From Gemmatimonadota bacterium (lineage in GTDB: Bacteria > Gemmatimonadota > Gemmatimonadetes > Gemmatimonadales > GWC2-71-9), in assembly GCA_036679605.1 (NCBI GenBank), contig JAZDCZ010000085.1, positions 64,001 to 128,000 on the forward strand: DNA of 64,000 bases, in the 5' to 3' direction. A program made the position numbers and the translations under genes. Positions 42,388-51,533 of the stretch are shown here, one piece after another. Numbering within the stretch: the stretch's first letter is position 1; every line of letters begins with the position of its first letter. The notes below the pieces were generated by a model. That model was not told the DNA's origin. It was given only the letters and a program-made list of their open reading frames with translations, and did no database searches.

Positions 42388-42626
42388 AACTCTTCCTGTA
42401 ACATGAAAAAGGGGGAGTAATAAACCTCTACCTCAATGATATTAATATAGTAGTACTAGTAGAGAGTCTTGAAACATGGATAGACTCCATAAAACGCTGT
42501 TGCCAATTGGGTTCTGCGCCCAAGCATCATGTGGATTATCTGTTCACGCTGTGGGCAGACAGTGGGTTACCACGCGAATCTCCATACCCTCCCACAATCA
42601 TCCACATTGTACCTCCACAAAGGTGT
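42388..42626. other. replication origin oriC (dnaA-dnaN intergenic)
   Basis: DnaA-box-like TGTGGATTA (42530-42538), TCATCCACA (42598-42606) and further CCACA/TGTGG cores; TAG-TAG-TAC-TAG-TAG trio-like run (42448-42462) beside an AT-rich patch. Confidence 0.75.
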
Positions 42627-44006
42627 TTACGGTGCCGCCAGTTCTTGTCGAGCGAATTCGACGCGGTCCCTGAATTGCCGATCTGATTTCATCTCTCGCT
42701 GAACCTTGTCAAGACTGTGTATCACGGTTGAGTGATCTCGACCTCCGAAGGCCTGCCCGATCTCCACCAACTGCATGCTCAATAGATTGCGGGCCAGGTA
42801 CATGGCAACCTGACGCGGAACGGTGAGCGTCTTTGTACGAGCTTTGGAACGAAGGCCCTCGGGTGTAACTCCCCACCGTCTTGCGACCACTTCCTGCACC
42901 CGATCTACGCTCGGAACGGCGCTCTGATCGCCAGGCCGATCGTCTCCCGCCTTTATCTTGTCGGCCAGCGCTTCGCGGGCCAGCTCGATCGATACTTCCC
43001 TGTGCTTGAGGGAGGCAAACAACAACAGCTTGATGATGCACCCCTCAAGTTCACGCACGGAACTCCTCACGTGCTCGGCAATGAACCGGATGACGTCGTC
43101 CGGCATCGTCATTTCGAGGTGATCCTGCTCAGATTTCTTGCGGAGTATCGCGATCCGATGCTCTAAGTCAGGTTGGCCGATGTCAGCCACCATTCCCCAT
43201 TCAAATCGGCTGATCAGCCGGGCCTCCAGTCCTGGAATGTCCTTGGGCGGCCGGTCGGAGGTCAGGACTATTTGCTTGCCAGCCTCATGTAGTGCGTTGA
43301 AGGTGTGGAAGAACTCCTCCTGCGTCATTTCCTTGCCTTCGAGAAAATGAACGTCGTCCACGAGAAAAATATCAATGTCCTCGCGATATCTCTTGCGAAA
43401 ATCGGGCATCTTACGGCCGTGGATGCTCTCGATCACGTCGTTGATGAACTGCTCGGCTCCCAGATATCGGACGGAGCTAGTCGGGTTCTGTTCCAGCACA
43501 GCGTGAGCCACCGCCTGCATGAGATGCGTCTTTCCGAGTCCAGTCGCCCCGTAAATAAAGAGAGGATTGTACGTTCGCCCGGGTGCAGCCGCGACGGCAT
43601 GCGCCGCTGCTGCTGCCAACTCGTTCGATTTGCCGATCACAAACGTTCGGAACGCATAACGTTCGTTCAGCGGCCGCGTAGACTGAGGTGAGGTGGCTGG
43701 GTCAGCTATAGCCGGAGGTGCCACGAAAAAGTCCATCTGTGGGCGTTGGGCCCGTTCTGCCTGTACTTGGAAGACGACTTCCAGCGGTGCTCCCAGGACC
43801 TCTCCTGCTAGGCGCGTGAGAATGTCTGCGTGCTTTGATTCATTCCACTCGACCGCGAACTGATCCGGCGTGGCGACAATGAGCCGACCATCACTCAGAG
43901 CTACCGGTTCCACCGGGTCTAGCCAGGTCCGAACTGTTGCATCAGGGAGAACTCGTCGCGCTTCCTTGAGTACGCGTGACCAAGTCTCTTTAACCGATAA
44001 CTCCAT
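42627..44006 (-). CDS. dnaA: chromosomal replication initiator DnaA
   Basis: YNPLFIYGATGLGKTHL, QEEFFHTFN, SDRPP, RELEG, FGGRDHSTV; ATG 44006. Confidence 0.97.
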   Translation of the reverse strand: MELSVKETWSRVLKEARRVLPDATVRTWLDPVEPVALSDGRLIVATPDQFAVEWNESKHADILTRLAGEVLGAPLEVVFQVQAERAQRPQMDFFVAPPAIADPATSPQSTRPLNERYAFRTFVIGKSNELAAAAAHAVAAAPGRTYNPLFIYGATGLGKTHLMQAVAHAVLEQNPTSSVRYLGAEQFINDVIESIHGRKMPDFRKRYREDIDIFLVDDVHFLEGKEMTQEEFFHTFNALHEAGKQIVLTSDRPPKDIPGLEARLISRFEWGMVADIGQPDLEHRIAILRKKSEQDHLEMTMPDDVIRFIAEHVRSSVRELEGCIIKLLLFASLKHREVSIELAREALADKIKAGDDRPGDQSAVPSVDRVQEVVARRWGVTPEGLRSKARTKTLTVPRQVAMYLARNLLSMQLVEIGQAFGGRDHSTVIHSLDKVQREMKSDRQFRDRVEFARQELAAP

Positions 44007-44061
44007 CGAGTCGATTTTCTTGGGTAGGTGTCCTAAAGGGCGAACGATTGTACCGCTCCGA

Positions 44062-44070
44062 TGTGGAAAA
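44062..44070 (-). promoter_or_regulatory. DnaA box in the dnaA/rpmH divergent promoter
   Basis: TTTTCCACA on the minus strand fits TTWTNCACA. Confidence 0.6.
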
Positions 44071-44131
44071 GTCAACCTTGACCCAGAATACCCGGCCCGG
44101 CTAGGTTACACGGCTCGAAATAAGGGAAAAC

Positions 44132-44293
44132 ATGAAACCGACATACAGACCACGGAACCGGCGTCGCAAGAACAAACACGGTTTCAGGGCACGCATGAAA
44201 ACGCGATGGGGCAGGGCGGTGTTGAGCCGCCGCCGCAAGAAGGGACGCAAGCAGTTGACGGTGCGTATCCCTACTAAGCACGCCCACGTTTGA
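44132..44293 (+). CDS. rpmH: 50S ribosomal protein L34
   Basis: hand translation [44 protein letters not shown]...; 53 aa, missing from the ORF track. Confidence 0.96.
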   Translation: MKPTYRPRNRRRKNKHGFRARMKTRWGRAVLSRRRKKGRKQLTVRIPTKHAHV

Positions 44294-44628
44294 GCACTGA
44301 GGACTTCGGAAGGAAGCGCAGGTTGTCCAGTGGCCAGGAGATCCGGGCCATAGTTCGCAATGGACAGCGAGCCCGCACTCCGAATCTAGATATCTCTTGG
44401 CTTCCCAACGGGTTGAACCATCCACGGTGTGGTGTGGTGGTTCCCCTCTACGGTGCGACAGCAGTGGCCCGGAACAAGCTCCGGCGCCGGCTGAGAGAGA
44501 TAGCTCGCCGTCGTATCCTGCCCGAGCTGGAGCCTATTGATCTTGTGCTGAGGCCGCGTTCCCACGCATACAAAGCAAAATTCGCCGACATGGCTGTAGA
44601 ATTGGAGCAATGGCTGCAATCGCACTGA
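44290..44628 (+). CDS. rnpA: RNase P protein component
   Basis: [13 protein letters not shown] (RNR motif); follows rpmH. Confidence 0.9.
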   Translation: MSTEDFGRKRRLSSGQEIRAIVRNGQRARTPNLDISWLPNGLNHPRCGVVVPLYGATAVARNKLRRRLREIARRRILPELEPIDLVLRPRSHAYKAKFADMAVELEQWLQSH

Positions 44629-44849
44629 GACTCTTCCGTTGGCCGCGCCAGCTGGCGAAGACCTTGATCCAACTCTACCGTCTTCTGTCTGCTCCGTTCG
44701 CCTCGCCGTGCAGGTTTTACCCAACCTGCTCGAGCTACGCGCTCGAGGCGGTCGACCGGTACGGTGCGCTGAGGGGAGCGTGGCTTGCGGCGAGGCGGAT
44801 TCTGAGGTGTCATCCGTTTCATGCTGGTGGGATTGACTTAGTTCCGTGA
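44610..44849 (+). CDS. yidD: membrane protein insertion efficiency factor
   Basis: CRFYPTCSSY, RILRCHPF, GGIDLVP. Confidence 0.93.
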   Translation: MAAIALRLFRWPRQLAKTLIQLYRLLSAPFASPCRFYPTCSSYALEAVDRYGALRGAWLAARRILRCHPFHAGGIDLVP

Positions 44850-44860
44850 ATAGCTGACTG

Positions 44861-46558
44861 ATGGACCGCAAAGTCACTTTCGCTATCGGCTTGATGTTGG
44901 TTGTGGCGATATTGCCGTCACTGCTCTTCCCACCCAAGAAGCCTCCTGTTGGCGCCGGTGGCCCCGCAGGTTTAGACAGTGCGACGCAGACGTTGCCACG
45001 AGATACGGGGCCCACGGTCATCGACTCCAGGCCTAGCAGACAGCAACCCGCAGCAGCCCCGCCCCCTCCGGTCTTTGAAGCCGTTGCCAGCCCAACTGCA
45101 GTCGCCGAGCGTAGGGTTGTCGTCGAGTCGCCACGGTATCGCTATGAGTTCTCGACGCTGGGTGCCCGGCTTACCTCGGCTGAACTCAAGGATTATCGCT
45201 CGTTCGCGCCCGGTGACATCGGGACTGCTCAGCTCATTCCCGAGGACTCACATTTTCTCACCTACAGTCTGCTGTTCGGGAACGACACTGTGGCGCTCGG
45301 CGACTGGACCTTCGAGCCGTCAGACACACTTGTGCAGGTGGGCGATGCTGGGGGTGAACTGAGATGGATAGCGCGAAACGGGTCGATGGAGGTGCAACTA
45401 ACCCAGAAATTCAGGCCGGCGGAATTTTTCTTCGAGGTGGAGGGCCGATTCTCGGGAGCCCCCTCGACCGCTGGTTTGGTGCTCGTGAGTCTTGGCCCCC
45501 GGCTGCGGGGAATTGAGGCGGACACCGTTTGGGATTACCGCAACTATGCGATTGTAACTAAGGCGAGTTCAACCGAGCTCACGAAGTTTGGAAAGTTGAC
45601 TGAAGGTGTGCGGACCTCTCTTTCGGGCCCCTTCGAGTGGGTTGCTCTCAAGTCTCGCTATTTTGTCACTTCGATCCTCACGATAGAAGATGGGGAGCCG
45701 CAGATTGGGGGGGCGGTAGCGACCGGCGGGCCTAAGATCGGCAAATTTGCGACTCGAGCAAGTTTGTTGATTTCGCTTCCCGCCCCCGGTGGACGGTTCA
45801 GTCACCAAGTGTTTCTCGGACCTCAGGAATTTCGCGATCTGGATGGCGTGGGCCATGATTTGGCGGACATCAACCCATACGGGTGGATATTCCGGCCGAT
45901 TATCAAGCCGGTTGCCAACTTTATAGTGCGCATTTTGATCTGGACTCACGAAACCTTGCATCTCCAATATGGCTGGGTCCTGATTCTTTTTGGAATTGCG
46001 GTGCGCGTAGTTCTCTGGCCCTTGAATCAGAAGGCCATGCGTTCGAGCATGGCAATGCAGGCGCTTCAGCCGGAGATCAAGGCGATGCAAGACCGCCACA
46101 AGAAAGAACCGCAGCGCCTGCAGCAAGAAACGATGAAGCTGTACAAACAGCACGGAGTGAATCCGCTGGGTGGGTGTTTGCCCATGTTGTTGCCGATGCC
46201 CGTGCTATTTGCGCTGTTCTTTGTGTTTAGGGAAACGATCGAGTTCCGCGGTGTCCCGTTTCTGTGGCTGCCCGATCTTTCCAGGGCGGATCCGTTGTTC
46301 GCAATCCCGCTGCTGATGGGCGGATCGATGTTCGTGCTCTCCAAGATCGGACAGATGGGTGCTCCGCCGAATCCGCAGGCCAAGATGATGCTCTATTTCA
46401 TGCCTGTCATGATGACGGTCCTTTTTCTTAAGTTCGCGGCCGGCCTCAATCTGTATTACGCCGTCAGCAACATTGCCAGCTTGCCGCAGCAGTGGATGCT
46501 TGCACAGGAAAGACTACGGAGGGCCGGGAAGCTGGTGCGAAAGAAGCCAGATTCCTAG
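44861..46558 (+). CDS. yidC: membrane protein insertase YidC
   Basis: large periplasmic domain, YGW, VNPLGGCLP, FLWLPDLS, GLNLYY. Confidence 0.95.
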   Translation: MDRKVTFAIGLMLVVAILPSLLFPPKKPPVGAGGPAGLDSATQTLPRDTGPTVIDSRPSRQQPAAAPPPPVFEAVASPTAVAERRVVVESPRYRYEFSTLGARLTSAELKDYRSFAPGDIGTAQLIPEDSHFLTYSLLFGNDTVALGDWTFEPSDTLVQVGDAGGELRWIARNGSMEVQLTQKFRPAEFFFEVEGRFSGAPSTAGLVLVSLGPRLRGIEADTVWDYRNYAIVTKASSTELTKFGKLTEGVRTSLSGPFEWVALKSRYFVTSILTIEDGEPQIGGAVATGGPKIGKFATRASLLISLPAPGGRFSHQVFLGPQEFRDLDGVGHDLADINPYGWIFRPIIKPVANFIVRILIWTHETLHLQYGWVLILFGIAVRVVLWPLNQKAMRSSMAMQALQPEIKAMQDRHKKEPQRLQQETMKLYKQHGVNPLGGCLPMLLPMPVLFALFFVFRETIEFRGVPFLWLPDLSRADPLFAIPLLMGGSMFVLSKIGQMGAPPNPQAKMMLYFMPVMMTVLFLKFAAGLNLYYAVSNIASLPQQWMLAQERLRRAGKLVRKKPDS

Positions 46559-46599
46559 CTTCCCACTCTTGACCCGTGAATAGAGGCAATGGTGTCGGC

Positions 46600-47952
46600 A
46601 TGCTGTCTGATGTAATAGCGTCTCTCGCGACACCCCCTGGCACCTCGGCCATCGCCCTGATCAGGCTCTCTGGTCACGGCTCCTACGACGTGGCCAGCTC
46701 GGTACTCCACCCGTTCACAGTTGATCCACCACGCACGGCGCGGCTTGCGGAAGCAGTAGACCCCAGCAGCGGTGAGCTACTAGACCGAGCATTGTACGTA
46801 ACCTACCGGGCTCCCGCGTCCTACACCGGGGAAGATGCTGTCGAGGTGTCGACACACGGAGGCCTACTGGTCCCAGCTGAGGTGCTCGGAGCCTTCTTGA
46901 CGGCCGGGGCGCGTCAGGCCGGTCGGGGCGAATTTACACGAAGAGCGCTGCTCAATGGGAAGATCGACCTGCTACAAGCCGAAGCCATAGGAGATTTGGT
47001 GGCGGCCACAGCTCCCGCGCAGCGACGCGCGGCGTTGAACCAGTTCGATCGCGGTCTTTCGAGTCGGATCAACGAACTCCGTAGTGGAGTGCTGGAACTC
47101 GAGTCGCTCGTGTGCTACGAGATCGACTTCCCCGAGGAGGACAGCGGACCCGTCTCGAACGAGAGAGTAGAGCGTGCCATCGCCGAGCTAGAAGATTCGT
47201 TAGCTCATTTACTGGACACTGCCAGCGAGGGACAGCGCCTCCAGGAGGGAGCCATCTGCGTAATCGCCGGGCGTCCCAATGTCGGGAAGTCTTCTCTGTT
47301 TAACGCGCTCCTGGGCTCGGAAAGAGCGATCGTAGCCGACAAGCCAGGCACGACGCGGGATGCCATCGAAGCCGCAGCCAACTGCGGAGGGTTTCCCTTC
47401 CGGCTGATAGACACTGCTGGTCTGTGCGACACCGATGACGAGATCGAGAGTTTGGGCGTGGAGGTGAGCCGTAGGTACCTAAGGGGAGCGGACGTAGTCC
47501 TCTTCTGCGCTGAGTATGGCCAGCAGTTGACGGAAGACGAGTTGCAGTTCATTCGAGACATGTCTGCTCCAGTACTCGTCGTACGTACGAAAGCGGACCT
47601 AGGACTGAGCGCCGATCATATCGACGATACCACGGGGGGAGTCGTCGTTTCCTCCAGAAAGGGCACGGGCCTGTCAGAGCTACGGCAGAAATTGGCGAGC
47701 CTGGGGTTCTCGCGCCTCAGTGCCGGAGGAGACGTGGTATCATGTGTAACCAGGGAACGTCACAGGGTAGCACTCGACGCGGCGCTCCGCGAGGTGGGAG
47801 CCTTTGGGTCGGCGCGTGCGTCGGGGCTCGACAGAGCTGTCGCCGCGACGCACCTGAGAGCTGCGGTCGGTGCTTTGGAGGATGTGATCGGGTTGGTGAC
47901 CACGGACGATGTCCTGGAGCGGGTGTTTACGACTTTTTGCGTGGGGAAATAA
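46600..47952 (+). CDS. mnmE: tRNA modification GTPase MnmE
   Basis: SYTGED, GEFTRRA, GRPNVGKSS, GTTRD, DTAG, C-terminal FCVGK. Confidence 0.95.
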   Translation: MLSDVIASLATPPGTSAIALIRLSGHGSYDVASSVLHPFTVDPPRTARLAEAVDPSSGELLDRALYVTYRAPASYTGEDAVEVSTHGGLLVPAEVLGAFLTAGARQAGRGEFTRRALLNGKIDLLQAEAIGDLVAATAPAQRRAALNQFDRGLSSRINELRSGVLELESLVCYEIDFPEEDSGPVSNERVERAIAELEDSLAHLLDTASEGQRLQEGAICVIAGRPNVGKSSLFNALLGSERAIVADKPGTTRDAIEAAANCGGFPFRLIDTAGLCDTDDEIESLGVEVSRRYLRGADVVLFCAEYGQQLTEDELQFIRDMSAPVLVVRTKADLGLSADHIDDTTGGVVVSSRKGTGLSELRQKLASLGFSRLSAGGDVVSCVTRERHRVALDAALREVGAFGSARASGLDRAVAATHLRAAVGALEDVIGLVTTDDVLERVFTTFCVGK

Positions 47953-47964
47953 GAGGGGTCGGGT

Positions 47965-48195
47965 CTAGCTGGGTTGGCGCGCTTCACCTCCCTCGGACGA
48001 CAGTCTCCACGCCTCATCGGCGAGCCATTCAAGCCGCTGCTGTTTGTACTCCGAGTCTTCCGGGCTGAGAACTCCACGATCACGTGATATAGTGCGCACA
48101 TGGTCGATCAACTCGTCCAACACCTCCCGCAGTGCCATGTTGGAGCGACGATCGTCGTCGCTAGGAACGGAGTCGTCGTTAGTTGGCTTGTCCAG
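47965..48195 (-). CDS. small helical hypothetical protein (57 aa from ATG 48138 or 76 aa from CTG 48195)
   Basis: ...DRRSNMALREVLDELIDHVRTISRD...QQRLEWLADEAWRL...; fills the mnmE-protease gap; GAGGAG upstream of CTG; absent from the ORF track. Confidence 0.6.
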   Translation of the reverse strand: MDKPTNDDSVPSDDDRRSNMALREVLDELIDHVRTISRDRGVLSPEDSEYKQQRLEWLADEAWRLSSEGGEARQPS

Positions 48196-48207
48196 TTCGG
48201 TTACTCC

Positions 48208-49149
48208 TCACGCAGTCTGGTCGGCGGCCTTAAGCTCTGCGGCGTGGCATTCGTTGCCGCTGGCCCTAAGTGCCCGGGCGATCCCCTGCTGAGCAATAAT
48301 CGCCTCTACCATTCGTAACCCCACGTAGTAGCCTGATCGTTCGGGAATGACCTTGCCGGCCACCAGACGTTGAGCAGCGCTCATGCCTCCGGATAGGTAG
48401 CGCAGCCGGTATCCCAGCCCAGTACTGCCCAATTCTGCTTTCAAGTGCTGAATCAAGAAGGAGTCGAGTTCACGCATGCGCCTATACTGGCGTCGTGCGT
48501 AACCCAAGTATTCCCATGCATCAAACCCAGGTACGGCCCTCTTCGATGCGGCGACCGCCAAACCTTCATTTACGAGTAGTTCTTGGAGGGTGGCCCTACT
48601 ACCAGTTTCCCAGTAGTCGTAGTAGCCATTCATGGATTCGACGATCGGCTTTATTTCGCTGTTGCTGTCTGGAGATCCGTAGCGCACGGTGTGCGCAATT
48701 TCGTGGGCTATCCAGAGTGGTACGAGATCTGGTTTGAGTCCCAATCCAAGCGTTTCGGGATTGGCCCGCCCGGTGAAATGCTCGAGGCACGCGAAGGCTA
48801 TGCCACGGTCTCCCACGACCAACTCGGCAGCGTTGGCCCCGCCGACACCGACCATGAGATAGACGTCGAAGTCGCAGTCGATCTCAAAGATGTCCTGACA
48901 GCGTTTCATGGTCTCCTCGACGGTGCCCATGAAATCAAACTCATCGAGGACCATTTTCAGATCGCGCCGGTCGGCGTCGACCGTTCGCCGCATTACCTCT
49001 TCGGCGTGAGGACTGTCGAGATCCAGAATGTAATTATGCCAGTATGCACTCAGTACCGGTTCGTGAGCCGCGATATAGCGACGATATCCTTCAAGAGGAT
49101 CCGCTGCTTCGAGGGCGGCGAAAAACTCAGGTACCAGGTTGATGAGCAT
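48208..49149 (-). CDS. putative Zn-dependent protease (DUF2268-like)
   Basis: AHEIAH (HExxH), NEGLA, GYYVG. Confidence 0.7.
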   Translation of the reverse strand: MLINLVPEFFAALEAADPLEGYRRYIAAHEPVLSAYWHNYILDLDSPHAEEVMRRTVDADRRDLKMVLDEFDFMGTVEETMKRCQDIFEIDCDFDVYLMVGVGGANAAELVVGDRGIAFACLEHFTGRANPETLGLGLKPDLVPLWIAHEIAHTVRYGSPDSNSEIKPIVESMNGYYDYWETGSRATLQELLVNEGLAVAASKRAVPGFDAWEYLGYARRQYRRMRELDSFLIQHLKAELGSTGLGYRLRYLSGGMSAAQRLVAGKVIPERSGYYVGLRMVEAIIAQQGIARALRASGNECHAAELKAADQTA

Positions 49150-49224
49150 GGAGGTGTCCCCAATGTGGGAAAGCCTGGCGAGTCTGACAACCCCTGATTC
49201 AGAATCGGGGCCATCGGGTAGGAC

Positions 49225-50070
49225 TTAGTGGCGGCGTAGTTGGCGGCTTGCGTCGTCGAGTAGCTGTAGTTCTTGGGAAGTCAGGCTGTCGATGCCCGAT
49301 TCGTTGATCTTGTCGAGTATGCGATCTACGTCGTCGGTGCTGTTGTGATGCACGTCCTTTTGCTGCGGTGACTCATGCACGTGTGTGGCCTGCCCGCGTC
49401 TTCGGAGTGGACGCACCGGCGCCGGGCGCCGGGCGATCCTAAGGTGGCCAGGTCCAACCTGGGTGCGTTGCTGCATGAGTTTTTCTCCCTTTAGGAACAA
49501 GAACCCAAAAAGGAATCCACCCAGGTGCGCCAAGTGTGCAACGCCATCGTTAGCGTTAGACTGTGCCATCAAGAGATCGACCACCGCGAGAAATGCAACA
49601 AGCCACTTAACCTTGATAGGGACTGGGAGCGGAAACACGTAGACCGGAGCGTCCGGCCAGTTGATCGCGTATGCCAGCGCCACACCCAGCACTGCGGCCG
49701 ATGCTCCGATAAAAGGCGCAACGGGCGTGAAGAGCGCGATCGCAAACGAGAATACCGCTCCGCCGATTCCGCAGGTGAAATAATACAGCGAGAATCCAGA
49801 GCTACCCATGCGTTCCTCAACAGCGGGGCCGAAGAAAAACAGCAGGAGCATGTTGAACAGCAGATGAAAGGGCCCACCGTGGACGAACATGTAGGTGACG
49901 AACGTCCAGAGCCTACCGCCGAGATTCGTCGGGCTAAATGCCGTCCCGTCTATGACCCACGAACCCGTGAATACCGTGATCGTCAGCAGATATACCACCG
50001 CATTTGCGATGATGATTCCGCGGACCCATGGGGTTAGCGTGAAGGGTGACTGTCTCTGCATATAGGTCAA
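49225..50070 (-). CDS. rhomboid intramembrane serine protease
   Basis: HLLFNM, GASA, AHLGG; C-terminal VDRILDKI...GIDSLT extension. Confidence 0.9.
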   Translation of the reverse strand: MTYMQRQSPFTLTPWVRGIIIANAVVYLLTITVFTGSWVIDGTAFSPTNLGGRLWTFVTYMFVHGGPFHLLFNMLLLFFFGPAVEERMGSSGFSLYYFTCGIGGAVFSFAIALFTPVAPFIGASAAVLGVALAYAINWPDAPVYVFPLPVPIKVKWLVAFLAVVDLLMAQSNANDGVAHLAHLGGFLFGFLFLKGEKLMQQRTQVGPGHLRIARRPAPVRPLRRRGQATHVHESPQQKDVHHNSTDDVDRILDKINESGIDSLTSQELQLLDDASRQLRRH

Positions 50071-50079
50071 TCTACCGCC

Positions 50080-51105
50080 TCAACCACAGACTTTGTTCCC
50101 TGCGCCGACTCTCGTCAGCGCTGCGCGGCAAATCCGTTCGCAAAGCTCGTCGAAGGGTATTGCGACAGCCGCAGCGGATTGGGGCAGAAGGCTGGTGGCC
50201 GTCAAGCCCGGCAAAGTATTCGCTTCCAAGCATTGCGGGGTGTCAGACGAGTCGATCCTAAAATCGATTCGTGAGAAGTCTCTCAGCTTGAGACATTGAT
50301 GAGCGCGAATCGCCAGAGCCGCGAGGTTCCGTTCGAGGTCGTCCGGGATTTCGGCAGGAAAGATCTCTTTGGTAAGGCCGGGCGTATACTTGCACTCGTA
50401 GTCAAAAATGGGGTGGTCAGGAATAATTTCTCCCACGGCCAGGGTACGCTCATCGAGGACTCCTACGGTAAACTCGCGGCCTTCGACGAATTGTTCCAGC
50501 ATGACCTCGTCGTCATGCTCGCGGGCCGCGTCCACCGCTGTCGGAAGCGCGGCCGGGGAAGCTACGAGGGAGAGCCCCAGAGTGGACCCGGTCTTAGAAG
50601 GTTTGACGATCAAAGGGTAGCCAAGTCGCTCGATTTCTTTCTCTGCGCAGGGCCACATTTTCCATCTTGGAGTAGGCACCTGTGCTTCCCGAAACAGGCG
50701 CTTGGCAATGTCCTTGTCCATTGCGATCGCGCTGGCGGCTGGGCCCGAACCCGTGTACGTGATGTCGGTCAGCTCCAGCAAAGCTTGTATTTCACCGCCC
50801 TCGCCCTGTCGGCCGTGGAGCAGAAGAAACACGAGGTCGGCGTCACGAAGTTCGGGCACGATAAATGACTCAACTTGCTCCCGTGTCCTCAGTGCCAATA
50901 GTTCATCCAGGCTTGGCGGTGTCGGCCCGACCTCTGCAGATAGCACTTGTGACTCGGCGTCGGGATCGAGCACTCCTATGACCGTATCGACCACGACTAC
51001 TGAGTGTCCCCGATCTCGCAGAGCAGCCGTAACTTGGTGTGCGCCAGCTAGCGCGACGTTACGCTCGGCGGTAGAACCGCCGGTAAGGAGTGCAATGCGC
51101 ATCAA
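50080..51105 (-). CDS. ddl: D-alanine--D-alanine ligase
   Basis: GGSTAER, LHGRQGE, MDKD, FDYECKY, RIDF, EANTLPG. Confidence 0.93.
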   Translation of the reverse strand: MMRIALLTGGSTAERNVALAGAHQVTAALRDRGHSVVVVDTVIGVLDPDAESQVLSAEVGPTPPSLDELLALRTREQVESFIVPELRDADLVFLLLHGRQGEGGEIQALLELTDITYTGSGPAASAIAMDKDIAKRLFREAQVPTPRWKMWPCAEKEIERLGYPLIVKPSKTGSTLGLSLVASPAALPTAVDAAREHDDEVMLEQFVEGREFTVGVLDERTLAVGEIIPDHPIFDYECKYTPGLTKEIFPAEIPDDLERNLAALAIRAHQCLKLRDFSRIDFRIDSSDTPQCLEANTLPGLTATSLLPQSAAAVAIPFDELCERICRAALTRVGAGNKVCG

Positions 51106-51488
51106 TCGGGCCGGTACGATACTCGGTATTCCGGCATCTCCCAGACCTCAATCTCGTGTATACGGATCGCGGGCCAGCGGTCCGCGAGATTCTCGAGGAC
51201 GCGCTCATAAATCACCCGTGTAATCCGTTCCGCGGTAGGTGCGTGCTCGCGAAACGGTTCCAAGTCGTTGAGATAGGAATGGTCGAAGTCAGCAACCGCG
51301 TGCTGGACGACCTGTTCCAGGTCTCTGAAGTCGATGCCCATGCCTTTGTCGCCGAGTTCAGAGTCTTCAATTCTTACCGTCAATCGCGCGCGCCAGTTGT
51401 GCCCGTGAAATCGTTCGCACATGTCGATGCCAGGCAACGAGTGGGCAGAGGAAAAGACCGCTTCTGCGGAGAGGAGATAGTGGGCCAC
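51102..51488 (-). CDS. queD: 6-carboxytetrahydropterin synthase
   Basis: FSSAH, CERFHGHNW, FDHSYLN, PTAE, VWE. Confidence 0.88.
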   Translation of the reverse strand: MAHYLLSAEAVFSSAHSLPGIDMCERFHGHNWRARLTVRIEDSELGDKGMGIDFRDLEQVVQHAVADFDHSYLNDLEPFREHAPTAERITRVIYERVLENLADRWPAIRIHEIEVWEMPEYRVSYRPD

Positions 51489-51533
51489 GGCGTCTCGGCT
51501 AATGCAAGTGGGTCAGGTGTTGGACAGTCCCGT

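Noticed and set aside
48079..48088. ATCACGTGAT palindrome as a second parS
   Set aside because: Only the core matches; the flanks do not fit the 16-bp consensus
48208..48210. In-frame TGA as a selenocysteine codon
   Set aside because: No evident SECIS hairpin directly downstream and no redox-motif context
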